Origin: a virus
Taxonomy: Duplodnaviria > Caudoviricetes
DNA length: 51,939 nucleotides
Reading direction: 5' to 3' (one strand)
Virus record (IMG/VR): IMGVR_UViG_3300044723_003553
Span: 1-51,939 of that record
The notes under the pieces were generated by a model, which was given only the letters and a program-made list of their open reading frames with translations, was not told the origin of the DNA and did no database searches. A program made the position numbers and the translations under genes. This document shows positions 1 to 9,413 of the stretch, in pieces (within the stretch, counting starts at the first letter, position 1; every line of letters begins with the position of its first letter).

Positions 1-185
1 TAGGTGATTGGCATATTACTAAAGTCTGGTAGCCCTAATCCGTAACCAAACAATACTCCAACCATTAAACCTATCAGCACTCCTCCGCAAAGTGCAATAG
101 CCATATCTATGGAGTTGTATTGATAGGGAAATTGTTTTGCTATATTATCCCAGTGTCTTTTTTCTGTTTTGCTTAGGTACCTCAC
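1..185 (-). CDS. small membrane protein, partial (runs off window start)
   Basis: GTG start at 185 after GAGGAG; reads MRYLSKTEKRHW...IALCGGVLIGLMVGVLFGYGLG (one TM helix); not in ORF track. Confidence 0.55.
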   Translation of the reverse strand, partial: MRYLSKTEKRHWDNIAKQFPYQYNSIDMAIALCGGVLIGLMVGVLFGYGLGLPDFSNMPIT

Positions 186-462
186 GTTTTTGCTCCTCTT
201 CCTCCTCCAGATAATCCATCTTATGTAATCTCTGTTTTTCTTGATATTCTAGAATTAAATTCAATTTTTGATTCAAGCGTATTAGGTCGTTATCTAACAT
301 TCTTATTCTATCAATAAGCGCAATAAGAGTGCCGTTAGCTTCTCCAATAATAGGTTTAACTACAGTGGTGCTCCACTTCCACACGTAGAAAACAAAATAT
401 CCAAGACCGACTGCGGCTACAACTGGAAACCCAAAATCTTTAATTAACTGTGCTACGTCCAT
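145..462 (-). CDS. holin-like/YvrJ-like single-TM coiled-coil protein
   Basis: N-terminal 'GFPVVAAVGLGYFVF' TM then coiled coil; paralogue of 650..928. Confidence 0.55.
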   Translation of the reverse strand: MDVAQLIKDFGFPVVAAVGLGYFVFYVWKWSTTVVKPIIGEANGTLIALIDRIRMLDNDLIRLNQKLNLILEYQEKQRLHKMDYLEEEEEQKREVPKQNRKKTLG

Positions 463-650
463 GATTTATAGGCGTCCTTCATAACTTTCATTAGTGGTTC
501 TGATTTAACTAGAACCCCTTTACTGTTGACTATGAAAATATCATCTTTTTGAAATAGTCCTTTATCAAGAAGTTCTGTTTCAGTATCACCCTTAATGTGA
601 ATATCGCCATTGGGGTTTGTTTCAATGGTATAATCTATCCATACAGTCAT
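453..650 (-). CDS. hypothetical protein
   Basis: 65-aa ORF overlapping both neighbours. Confidence 0.6.
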   Translation of the reverse strand: MTVWIDYTIETNPNGDIHIKGDTETELLDKGLFQKDDIFIVNSKGVLVKSEPLMKVMKDAYKSWT

Positions 651-928
651 TAGTCTCTCCTTGCATCATTTTTACCATCGGCACGAGCAATACGTTCCAT
701 GTCGGGCCGCACTCCAAAAGCATTGCTCATCAGAGTGTCAATACGAATCACGTCATGATTCATAGTTTGAACACGATTGTCTAAGGAACCAATGATATTT
801 TTCATACCATTGATACTGCCTTCAACTGAACTTAAAATAAATTTTACTGATAAAAATACAAAATAACCGGCTGCACATGCTGCCGCGATAGGAAAGCCCA
901 CCTCAGCTATTAGCTTAAAGATTTCCAT
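650..928 (-). CDS. holin-like/YvrJ-like single-TM coiled-coil protein
   Basis: 'GFPIAAACAAGYFVF' TM; GAGGAG RBS; paralogue of 145..462. Confidence 0.55.
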   Translation of the reverse strand: MEIFKLIAEVGFPIAAACAAGYFVFLSVKFILSSVEGSINGMKNIIGSLDNRVQTMNHDVIRIDTLMSNAFGVRPDMERIARADGKNDARRD

Positions 929-982
929 CTCAACTCCTCGACATCCTAGTACTAGGACGTTACTTGCTCCAACTGTATTTAG

Positions 983-1336
983 TTAAACAAGGAGGATAAT
1001 CAGATAGTAGGTTAGGAAATGTAACATTTGATCTAGTGTAAGCATCCACCAATATGCTTGATTCGTACTATTGATTTCAAAGCGCATCATAGTGTTGCTT
1101 TTTGTATAGTCTATATGCCAGTGTGCGATCCAATCAAATACACCTGCTATAAGTGCTGTGATTGGTCCTACAAAAAACAGTGCAACCAAAAAGGTAGCAA
1201 TACCATGTGCACCATAATGCTGTTGAGCACGTTTACTACGATAATTGTATTTGTGAAGGTTGCCTTGAAGGCGTTGAATGCCTATATCTACTACAGCATG
1301 TTTCCATAGTAGCGCAAGAAGAAAAGTTAGTTCCAT
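983..1336 (-). CDS. DUF3307-like integral membrane protein
   Basis: Spaced His motifs HAVVD, HWHIDYTK, DQMLH between TM helices. Confidence 0.7.
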   Translation of the reverse strand: MELTFLLALLWKHAVVDIGIQRLQGNLHKYNYRSKRAQQHYGAHGIATFLVALFFVGPITALIAGVFDWIAHWHIDYTKSNTMMRFEINSTNQAYWWMLTLDQMLHFLTYYLIILLV

Positions 1337-1382
1337 GCAGATATTTATTGCTAAGTATCATAAAAGGTAATATAATAATACT

Positions 1383-1736
1383 ATGAATATTATACTAGGC
1401 GAAGACGCATATAATCAAGTTAAGGACAAATATATTACCCTTGAGCTTGACACATTTTGTATCAGTGATGAAAACCATAAAAGTTATTGTGTTTTAGACG
1501 CTAGTGACATTCCTCTTGGAGAAATGCCAGAACTTGCTCTTTGGGAGGACAATCATGCTAAATTAATTGAAAATTGGCACAAAGGTAATTTTGAATTTTG
1601 TGAGCAAATGATTGATCATGTCATGAAACGCTGGGGAGGACACATGAATAGTTTCTACACAGAACTTTATTCCCGCATTCAAGATATTAAAGATAAGGAA
1701 CTACCTGAGGAGTGGAACGGTGTTATCCAAAGGTAG
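1383..1736 (+). CDS. hypothetical protein resembling the C-terminal region of class III adenylate-cyclase-type proteins
   Basis: 'IILGE...ELD...LPEEWNG' pattern; no catalytic N-terminal part. Confidence 0.45.
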   Translation: MNIILGEDAYNQVKDKYITLELDTFCISDENHKSYCVLDASDIPLGEMPELALWEDNHAKLIENWHKGNFEFCEQMIDHVMKRWGGHMNSFYTELYSRIQDIKDKELPEEWNGVIQR

Positions 1737-2595
1737 TAGTTTTATAACTCTATCGATATATAACAAACACGATATACTCAATCTTCTAGATACGATCAGT
1801 ACATTTGATGATCAAAATTTAAAGCGTTTTATACCCAATAAAAAGAAACTTATCGCTAACCTATTTTATGAGCCTAGTACAAGAACTAGTTCAAGTTTCT
1901 ATGCAGCGGCCACATATTTAGGTCACGAAGTACTAAGCATTAATAATGTACAGTATTCCAGCGTAGCAAAGGGTGAAACTCTAGAAGATACTATTCGCAC
2001 ACTTGCAAGTTTTGTGCACTGTATAGTGTTAAGGCATCCGGAAGAAGGTGCCGCCAAACGTGCTGCCCAAGTTAGCACAGTCCCTGTAATAAATGCAGGT
2101 GACGGTGTGGGCGAACACCCCACACAAACACTATTAGACCTATACACTATCTATAAACATTATGGTAGACTAGATGGACTAATAGTAACACTAATGGGAG
2201 ATCACAAATATGGTCGTACCATTCACAGTCTGGTCCAAGCACTAGACTTATTTGATACTAAAATTAATTTAATAGGGCCAATAGATTTAAAGTTACCCAA
2301 GAAATTTTACAAAGAACGCTATCTTGAAAGTGTAGAACTTACTGCTAATATTGCTATGTCAACAGATGTTCTATACATGACTAGAGTACAACGGGAAAGG
2401 GGTGCACGGGGAAATTATGCCTTTACAAGACTGGATGCAGAAAACTTGCCACCAAACAGTATTGTAATGCACCCCTTGCCTCGTGTTGATGAACTACCCA
2501 ATTGGTTTGACACAGACCCTAGAGCCAAATATTTTGAACAAATGTCAAACGGACTAGCAGTAAGAAAATTTTTATTAGATAAGATATTAGGTTGA
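1720..2595 (+). CDS. pyrB: aspartate carbamoyltransferase catalytic subunit
   Basis: FYEPSTRT, NAGDG, HPTQTLLD, RVQRER and MHPLP motifs. Confidence 0.95.
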   Translation: MLSKGSSFITLSIYNKHDILNLLDTISTFDDQNLKRFIPNKKKLIANLFYEPSTRTSSSFYAAATYLGHEVLSINNVQYSSVAKGETLEDTIRTLASFVHCIVLRHPEEGAAKRAAQVSTVPVINAGDGVGEHPTQTLLDLYTIYKHYGRLDGLIVTLMGDHKYGRTIHSLVQALDLFDTKINLIGPIDLKLPKKFYKERYLESVELTANIAMSTDVLYMTRVQRERGARGNYAFTRLDAENLPPNSIVMHPLPRVDELPNWFDTDPRAKYFEQMSNGLAVRKFLLDKILG

Positions 2596-2619
2596 CTCTT
2601 ACTGTACATAGTATATAAT
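2592..2619 (+). promoter_or_regulatory. sigma70-like promoter
   Basis: TTGACT-N16-TATAAT upstream of 2647. Confidence 0.65.
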
Positions 2620-2646
2620 ATACATATTGTTGAAAACGAGGACACA

Positions 2647-2841
2647 ATGTATCAAGGCAACGGACACATTTTTGAAGAAAAGTTTAATAAAGTCAGTGAT
2701 TTTATGGATCGCTGGTACGTAGACCCTAAAGAACGTGGGTCACGTAAATCTAGCGAATATCGCGGTGCACTACGCAATCAAGCACGTATTTCATATCGTG
2801 TAGCTAAGAGAGCACTTAAGGACATTCAGAAGGCAGGTTAG
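2647..2841 (+). CDS. hypothetical basic protein
   Basis: GAGGA RBS, 64 aa, follows promoter. Confidence 0.65.
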   Translation: MYQGNGHIFEEKFNKVSDFMDRWYVDPKERGSRKSSEYRGALRNQARISYRVAKRALKDIQKAG

Positions 2842-2936
2842 ATTCACCGCGGAGTAGGATAGCACTAGGCTATCGGGTAGTGAGCGTTAGGCGGGGGCTA
2901 CACTATAATATCTTTCACCTCTAAGAGGAGTATCTG

Positions 2937-3200
2937 TTGATTGTTGTGGCACTTTATCCAGACGGTATAACAATGAGTCAACTATATCTTCCTTTTGCAG
3001 GAACTCCTGGGTATTCAGTAAGCGATACTCAGTATAATAAAGCAATGGACCATTATACTGATGTACAGTCCTGGTGCGACGCACACTTAGTTGGGCCCTG
3101 GAGTTGTAATCCTGGTGATATATTACACGTTGGTGTGCGTGTAAGAATTGGCAGTTTAGATGATCTTGCATATTTTTGTCTAAAATGGAGTTATATATAA
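2937..3200 (+). CDS. hypothetical protein
   Basis: GAGGAG upstream; 87-aa ORF, start uncertain. Confidence 0.5.
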   Translation: MIVVALYPDGITMSQLYLPFAGTPGYSVSDTQYNKAMDHYTDVQSWCDAHLVGPWSCNPGDILHVGVRVRIGSLDDLAYFCLKWSYI

Positions 3201-3586
3201 TGACTATGCATTTATTGGGACCAGAGTTTACTACTACGAGTACTCGCAAACGTAAGTCTAAAAACAAAACTAAATCACTTCTTGCTGCTGAAGCAGAGCA
3301 TGAAAAATATCTACGTAAAATGGGTGTGCACCCAGATCAACGTAAACAAAATAGGGCCCGTAGTTCAGTCCGGTTAGAACGGACCGCTCATAACGGTCAT
3401 GTCGGGGGTTCAAATCCCTCCGGGCCCACCAGTACAATTATGTATAATTCTTCTATGGCAAAGAAACAACAGAAGATTTATACTGGAACTGAGATTATCG
3501 GTATTGCGCAGATGCATAAATCTAATGCAGTTCCTGTTAGAGGTAAAAAACAAGCCGAAGAAATTGCAAAGATGAGGCGAGGATGA
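3200..3586 (+). CDS. basic phage hypothetical protein containing a nested tRNA gene
   Basis: GGAG RBS then ATG at 3200; N-term MHLLGP..TTSTRKRK and C-term YTGTEIIGIAQMHKSNAVP...EIAKMRRG; frame stays open through tRNA 3354..3431. Confidence 0.75.
   Translation: MTMHLLGPEFTTTSTRKRKSKNKTKSLLAAEAEHEKYLRKMGVHPDQRKQNRARSSVRLERTAHNGHVGGSNPSGPTSTIMYNSSMAKKQQKIYTGTEIIGIAQMHKSNAVPVRGKKQAEEIAKMRRG
3354..3431 (+). tRNA. tRNA with CAT anticodon, most likely tRNA-Ile2 (lysidine type)
   Basis: Acceptor GGGCCCG/CGGGCCC+A+CCA; D stem GTTC/GAAC; anticodon arm GACCG-CTCATAA-CGGTC; T arm GGGGG-TTCAAAT-CCCTC; lacks initiator features (no C1:A72 mismatch, no three G-C pairs in anticodon stem). Confidence 0.9.
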
Positions 3587-4743
3587 TGCCTGACATCTTT
3601 AACCATTATCCTATGTTTATTGATCAGGAAACAGGATATAAGAGTAATTTTTTAATTGATTTTGCAAAATTGAAGAGGAGACCTACCGATGAATACATTC
3701 GTAAAGTACTCACAAATCAATTTGATCATGATCTATATAACTTACTTTTTAGCCAATTTGACCCTAGTCAGATTCAATTTTTAGAAGGAGTTGTTTGTGA
3801 TTACACAACTCCTAAAATTAATACTATTGAAAATTATAATTTATCCGATTTAAAATCTGATATGTTGGATATTTTAACCAAAAAATTAAAACCGTTATCT
3901 AATCAAAAAGCTATCTTATTTCTCTCATGCGGCGTAGATAGTCTTCTATTACTACACATTTGTTTAGAATTAAACATAAAATTAAAGTGCATATATGTGG
4001 CATCGTTGTATAATAAAGATGAGATTGAAGACATATGCAGGATAAGAGACCAGTACAACATCGATGTAGAAATTATTGACAACTACGACCCATTGGTGCC
4101 GGACCAAGATTATTATCGTTACTTTCATTTAAATCCATCTTTCCAAAACGTAGGCGCCATTGGCCCGGTTCGGTACTATAATATTTTAAAAGACCCAATG
4201 TACTCGGAATACAAATATGTATTAACAGGACATGAAGTCGAAGTAACTTTAGATATGATACCTTTGGCCATATATAACTCCGCTAGTGATCAAACCCAGT
4301 TCAAAAACTATAATAAAATATATGGAAAATATGTGAACTATAATTTTAATCAACTGACAAAGCAAAGTATAGAAAACTTATTTAATTACTCCAGGTACGA
4401 GCGTGTGATTAAGAGATTAACAATGTGTAGGGACTATGCTGTGAATGAATTGTTAACAGGCAAACATTATGTTAAGCCATACAAGAACGAAAAATTAGTG
4501 TCTGCTGCTCTTTCGTTATCTAACGAAGACGTAATCGCTAACGCCTATAAAATTCCCAGCTATGAAATACTAGACGATGTATGGAATTTTAAGACTCCGC
4601 CTAAAAAATTGTTTGGAAATGCAAATAAGTATGAAAAAACTTTTAATATGCTTGAAGACTCCATGGACGATCCCAGGAGCAATGTCCTACAAACAAACAA
4701 GGTCTGGTTAAAAAATTATATGATCCAATATAATAAGTATTAA
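3583..4743 (+). CDS. asparagine-synthetase-like N-type ATP pyrophosphatase domain protein
   Basis: LSCGVDS PP-loop variant (SGGxDS) and downstream VLTG. Confidence 0.6.
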   Translation: MMPDIFNHYPMFIDQETGYKSNFLIDFAKLKRRPTDEYIRKVLTNQFDHDLYNLLFSQFDPSQIQFLEGVVCDYTTPKINTIENYNLSDLKSDMLDILTKKLKPLSNQKAILFLSCGVDSLLLLHICLELNIKLKCIYVASLYNKDEIEDICRIRDQYNIDVEIIDNYDPLVPDQDYYRYFHLNPSFQNVGAIGPVRYYNILKDPMYSEYKYVLTGHEVEVTLDMIPLAIYNSASDQTQFKNYNKIYGKYVNYNFNQLTKQSIENLFNYSRYERVIKRLTMCRDYAVNELLTGKHYVKPYKNEKLVSAALSLSNEDVIANAYKIPSYEILDDVWNFKTPPKKLFGNANKYEKTFNMLEDSMDDPRSNVLQTNKVWLKNYMIQYNKY

Positions 4744-4744
4744 T

Positions 4745-4969
4745 ATGGATCCAATATTACATACATTGCTCGCAACAGGGGCACTACTAGTTAGCTTTTA
4801 TGCAGGCAAACATTTTAACAGACAAAGATTAATAGAAGGTGTCGTTGCATCAGTTCTAGATGATTTAGAACGTGATGGGTATGTTGCTACCCGGCAAGAT
4901 AAAAATGGTGATAAAGAATTAGTCTCGATTGCTACAGTAACCGGCGACGCTATTAGAAATATTAAGTAA
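4745..4969 (+). CDS. hypothetical membrane-anchored protein
   Basis: N-terminal hydrophobic helix, 74 aa. Confidence 0.6.
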   Translation: MDPILHTLLATGALLVSFYAGKHFNRQRLIEGVVASVLDDLERDGYVATRQDKNGDKELVSIATVTGDAIRNIK

Positions 4970-6037
4970 TAATTCATCCCAGCAATTTTTACTAAATCCG
5001 TTATAGAACCAATTATAATTATAATTTAATACTTCTTTCATAGTATTTCGCATTTGCTCTAACTCTGATATATCTTTGGTGCCAATCCAATTAACAATAT
5101 CAGCACAGGCTTGCATACGTTCTTGATCATCTATAATGCTGTCGTAGTCCTCACTCCACCAGTTGTCAAACGTCTTAAATCCATAACTCTGTAAATATTT
5201 TAAACAACCAGTACCCCCAACTAGTACAAAGGGTTGTTTTAGTACGACTGGCTTAAATATCTTTTCAGTTAAGTGAATTCTATCCATGACAGTCTCTGTT
5301 ACGACGTGTAGAAACGCACTGTTGATCGGAGTATCCTGGTTAACTATTATCCATGCACTGCTGTTAGCACCGTCATCAAATTGACTAGGTAACACACTAT
5401 TATCTGGAAATATTTCATTAGGCGTGCGCTGAGTTTGCGGATCGTTGTCAGGTAAACTGTAAGTTCCAGTACCAGTATCTAACAAGTTTAAAAATTTTAT
5501 GCGATACTCTCGTTTATTATCTATAAGTCTGTTAGCACATATCCAGCGTGTTAATATTGGGCGATAGTCTGCAACAATTCGTATGTCCTTGTATAATCTA
5601 TACCAGTGCTCTGCACATAGATATCCGTTAGCGAACCAGTGTATGCTATTGTCAAACTGATCTGCTGACTTACTATGCTCACTGTGTAATACAAGTAAAT
5701 TATTATATCCAATATGTTTATATTTAATATATTCAGGATGGTATTTAGTTAATAATTCTTTATTTTGTATGTCCCAAAAATAAGCATCTAACTCTAATTC
5801 CAAAGGTTCCCAGCTGTGGTTTATTATACGGACATTGTCATATTTCCGCTGGCCACGTCCAAGGGAATCATGCATGACACAGTGTTCATCTGGTATAGTA
5901 GAAAGAGTGGGCTTAACATCTCTTAAAGATATATCCTTAGGATCATGTCGGAGCCCATTGGGAAAGATATAGAGTCGATTATCATTGCTGTCAAACAAGT
6001 CAGACAATTTAAAATTTATATGTTGAAATTCATTCAT
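4919..6037 (-). CDS. putative glycosyltransferase-like phage protein
   Basis: VVTET...TEKIFKP...GFKTFD..WSEDYD motif shared with 36380..37387. Confidence 0.55.
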   Translation of the reverse strand: MNEFQHINFKLSDLFDSNDNRLYIFPNGLRHDPKDISLRDVKPTLSTIPDEHCVMHDSLGRGQRKYDNVRIINHSWEPLELELDAYFWDIQNKELLTKYHPEYIKYKHIGYNNLLVLHSEHSKSADQFDNSIHWFANGYLCAEHWYRLYKDIRIVADYRPILTRWICANRLIDNKREYRIKFLNLLDTGTGTYSLPDNDPQTQRTPNEIFPDNSVLPSQFDDGANSSAWIIVNQDTPINSAFLHVVTETVMDRIHLTEKIFKPVVLKQPFVLVGGTGCLKYLQSYGFKTFDNWWSEDYDSIIDDQERMQACADIVNWIGTKDISELEQMRNTMKEVLNYNYNWFYNGFSKNCWDELLLNISNSVAGYCSNRD

Positions 6038-6050
6038 GGTAAGTAGTTAT

Positions 6051-6947
6051 ATGCGTATATTTAGTAACAACGAATGGGATCCATTAAAATCCATAATTGT
6101 GGGATCAGCAACTAACGCTAATTGGCCAGTAAATTGTCCTGATTTTAGACAACAAGAACAAACGACGTTATGGCAAGAAACCCCAGTGCCTAGCGGACCA
6201 GTTAGTAATACTATTATAACACAAGCTAATCATGATTTACAACAGTTAACTGATTACCTACGTAAGTTAGACATACAGGTTTATAGGCCAGATGACATAG
6301 ATTTTCAAAGCACAGATGGCTTTTATAATTATTGTCCAAGGGATAGACTACTAGTAGTAGGCGATACTGTTATAGATGCTCCAATGGCATACGGTTGCAG
6401 AGACCAGGAAATCCAAGCCTATAAATTTTTAGACACTGAATTTATTCAAGCACAGGGACGCTGGGACGCCGCTAACGTTTGTAGATTAAATGACGATTTA
6501 ATTTATTTAATTAGTAGTAGCGGAGATCTAGCAGGCGCACAGTGGCTACAGGAATACTTTCCAGATAAACGGGTTTGGCTAATGGATGGTTATAGTGGTG
6601 TACACATAGATAGCACTATCTGCCCGGTTAGAGAAGGGTTGGTTGTGTTAAACGCCAGTAGACTCGATACAGACACAGTGCCGGAATGTCTCAATGGTTG
6701 GGATAAGATCTGGGTGCATGAAATGGAACACCAGCCATTTATAAACTATCCATATGCAAGCAATTGGATCGGTATGAATTTTTTAGTTGTCAATCCTCAA
6801 CTAGTAGTACTGGATCCTAAACAGGAAAATCTACGTAGACAACTGGATAGCCACGGCGTTTCCAGCGAAGGAATCGATTTAACACATTCTAGGACCCTGG
6901 GTGGCGGTCATCATTGTGTAACTTTAGATTTGGTACGAGATCAATAG
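6051..6947 (+). CDS. amidinotransferase (glycine/inosamine-phosphate amidinotransferase family)
   Basis: NEWDPLK, CPRD, DAAN, HIDST and C-terminal GGGHHC catalytic motifs. Confidence 0.88.
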   Translation: MRIFSNNEWDPLKSIIVGSATNANWPVNCPDFRQQEQTTLWQETPVPSGPVSNTIITQANHDLQQLTDYLRKLDIQVYRPDDIDFQSTDGFYNYCPRDRLLVVGDTVIDAPMAYGCRDQEIQAYKFLDTEFIQAQGRWDAANVCRLNDDLIYLISSSGDLAGAQWLQEYFPDKRVWLMDGYSGVHIDSTICPVREGLVVLNASRLDTDTVPECLNGWDKIWVHEMEHQPFINYPYASNWIGMNFLVVNPQLVVLDPKQENLRRQLDSHGVSSEGIDLTHSRTLGGGHHCVTLDLVRDQ

Positions 6948-6982
6948 GTAAATACCAGTAATAATACAGTAGAGAATATATT

Positions 6983-7690
6983 TTGATAACACACCTATTA
7001 AACCAAGTCGTAACCAATAAAACATTTGGAGTCCTAGCAGACACTAAAGCAACAACTCTAATTACATCATGCCAACAGACACATCTAGTTTCTGATCAGG
7101 CAACATATTTGGTTATTGGCGAAAGCGTGGCTGCACATGGGCTAGCAAATCTAGGCTTTAATGTAAGCTGTGTAGAGGGCATCAATGCTGAACACAAGAA
7201 TCTTACTAATTTGTCAGGTACAGTTGCTGATATTATACTAAGTGGAGTTAAATATGATTACGTAATTGCCGTTGATGAATGGTTATGTCGAGCACAGACA
7301 GAACAACAGCAAATTGACAAAATTAATTTAATGCCAAAACTCGCAACAAAGGGATTCTATACAAGCGTAAAAGACTACAAAAATATGAACCCAAGGGATA
7401 GATTTTTTGAGGAAATTTTTGACTTGAAAAGTGATGCTGGAAACTGTATAATAGTTAGACAGCGTGAATGGAATCATCGAGATAGACAGGCATGGACACA
7501 AAAAAATTATATTATACAAAATAACGAGCTAACAGTTATCGATCCTGTACAATATAGGACAATGTACTTCAAACAGCTAGCAAAATTTAGTAGTGATGCC
7601 GGCGCAAAAGATTTTCAAGTAGACAAGAAGTTAATGTACAAACCTTTATTTTCCAAATCCTTTGAATATATAGTGTACATCAGCTTCTAA
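6983..7690 (+). CDS. hypothetical protein, possibly degenerate methyltransferase fold
   Basis: 235 aa, TTG start; weak Rossmann-like pattern. Confidence 0.4.
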   Translation: MITHLLNQVVTNKTFGVLADTKATTLITSCQQTHLVSDQATYLVIGESVAAHGLANLGFNVSCVEGINAEHKNLTNLSGTVADIILSGVKYDYVIAVDEWLCRAQTEQQQIDKINLMPKLATKGFYTSVKDYKNMNPRDRFFEEIFDLKSDAGNCIIVRQREWNHRDRQAWTQKNYIIQNNELTVIDPVQYRTMYFKQLAKFSSDAGAKDFQVDKKLMYKPLFSKSFEYIVYISF

Positions 7691-7701
7691 CAAGGAGCAA
7701 T

Positions 7702-8823
7702 ATGGACAAAATCCAACAAGCAGTCAATGAACAGGTAAATGATCTGCTCAAAGAACGTGTTAGCCAGGCAGTCGAAGAATCTGATATTTCTGGCAGTGTA
7801 ACCCAATATCTACAACGAAGACTAGATAATCCTAACTTCAAGTCTTTTGTAGGTGACCAAATATTAACTAGTGTTAGTGGTTTAAACGTTAATGGGGAAG
7901 TCATTAATTTAATTGAAAAACAAGTTCAAACTACTATTAACACACAAATTCCTGCTATACAAAAACTAGTTAGAGAGAGAGTTGATTCAATACTATTGCA
8001 AACCATAGAACAGTTGGTGCGTAGTTTTAGTTTTCCTGAATCAAGTATACCCGCTAAGAGTATTAACTGGGAAAACTATAGTATTGATAGTCAGCTTATT
8101 AGCAATCTTCCCAACCCCAATCCAGGCATAGAAGATATTAGTGACAGGGTTAACCTTACTGTAATGAACGACGCGGTAGTAGTTGAAACAACGTTAGTTA
8201 GCAAGCACGTAGAAGCAGAGAACATGACTGTTACTAATCTACATCTAAAGAATACCGACCAGCCATGGATTGGCGCTATTGCTAAACACGTTGAGCAAAA
8301 CGTAAGGCAGCATGATTACAGTGTAGACATTAATAAAATTGCAGTAAAATTTGATGAACAAGTAAATAAAATCCGCGGTGATATTAAACGTTCAACACAA
8401 TTAAAAGAGCTTGATGTTAGTGGAGAATCATACCTTAGTGGAGTCCTTTATACCACTCCAGGAAATAAGCGTGTTGGTATAAACACAATGGAGCCTAGCG
8501 ATGCCCTAACTGTATGGGATCAGGAAGCAGAAGTTGTGATTGGCAAACACGCAAGTCAGGAAGGTTACATTGGTACCCGCCGTAGGCAGGCAGTTAACAT
8601 AGGCAGTAATAATAACGTGGGTATCAGGATTACTCCAGTGGGTGAGGTAGAAATAAACAAACTCAACCTTTGTGGAAGAACTATTAGTACCAGTGCAGAG
8701 GTACCTGGAGATGCCGCCAAACAAGGTGACATTAGGTTAAACACTAAGCCACAAAATGGCCAACCAATTGGTTGGGTATGCATAGATGGTAACCGTTGGA
8801 GTAGTTTTGGTATAATAGAATGA
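7702..8823 (+). CDS. hypothetical protein, possibly virion-associated
   Basis: AGGAG RBS; helical N-half, beta-rich C-half with RVGINT and GWVC motifs. Confidence 0.55.
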   Translation: MDKIQQAVNEQVNDLLKERVSQAVEESDISGSVTQYLQRRLDNPNFKSFVGDQILTSVSGLNVNGEVINLIEKQVQTTINTQIPAIQKLVRERVDSILLQTIEQLVRSFSFPESSIPAKSINWENYSIDSQLISNLPNPNPGIEDISDRVNLTVMNDAVVVETTLVSKHVEAENMTVTNLHLKNTDQPWIGAIAKHVEQNVRQHDYSVDINKIAVKFDEQVNKIRGDIKRSTQLKELDVSGESYLSGVLYTTPGNKRVGINTMEPSDALTVWDQEAEVVIGKHASQEGYIGTRRRQAVNIGSNNNVGIRITPVGEVEINKLNLCGRTISTSAEVPGDAAKQGDIRLNTKPQNGQPIGWVCIDGNRWSSFGIIE

Positions 8824-9413
8824 CAGCGTATGTAATAGGCAACGGTGAAAGCCGTGCTGGTTTAGACATAGACAGTCTTGAAGGCACCACATATGGTAGC
8901 AATGCCCTACACAGAGACCATCACCCTGAACATCTAGTATGCTGTGATAAACGTATGGTTTACGAAGCTCAGGATGGAGAATATCTGGGTCCTATATACA
9001 CCAGACCTGAATGGGTTGATGACTTTACACAAATGAACGTGCATGAGTTGCCAGCCTTTTCCTGGCCAGAAGAACAAAAATGGGAAAAGCATTTTCAGTG
9101 TGGCAGTGGATTGCACAGTGTATGGCTAGCACTTACTGACGGTCACCAACATTTAGTAATCGTTGGATTTGATTTGTTTAGTTCAACTGGCAAACACAAT
9201 AACATATACAAAGATAGTAATAATTACGAGTCAAGTGAGTATACAGCCGTTGATCCCAGTCATTGGATCCCTCAGTTTGAGCGTATGTTTAGTACATATC
9301 CAACCGTCAGATTTGATTATTATGTGCCAAAGGGCTGGCGTATTCCCAGTGAATGGCACAAGTGTAAAAATGTACACTTATATACTCGCATACCAGGAAT
9401 GAAAACTTTATGA
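8820..9413 (+). CDS. glycosyltransferase-like (MAF/DUF115-type) protein
   Basis: VIGNGESR, YGSNAL, VGFD motifs. Confidence 0.55.
   Translation: MTAYVIGNGESRAGLDIDSLEGTTYGSNALHRDHHPEHLVCCDKRMVYEAQDGEYLGPIYTRPEWVDDFTQMNVHELPAFSWPEEQKWEKHFQCGSGLHSVWLALTDGHQHLVIVGFDLFSSTGKHNNIYKDSNNYESSEYTAVDPSHWIPQFERMFSTYPTVRFDYYVPKGWRIPSEWHKCKNVHLYTRIPGMKTL

Noticed and set aside
3354-3431. Calling the nested tRNA an initiator tRNA-fMet
   Set aside because: It has a G1-C72 pair and lacks the three consecutive G-C anticodon-stem pairs; Ile2 fits better, though elongator Met is not fully excluded.
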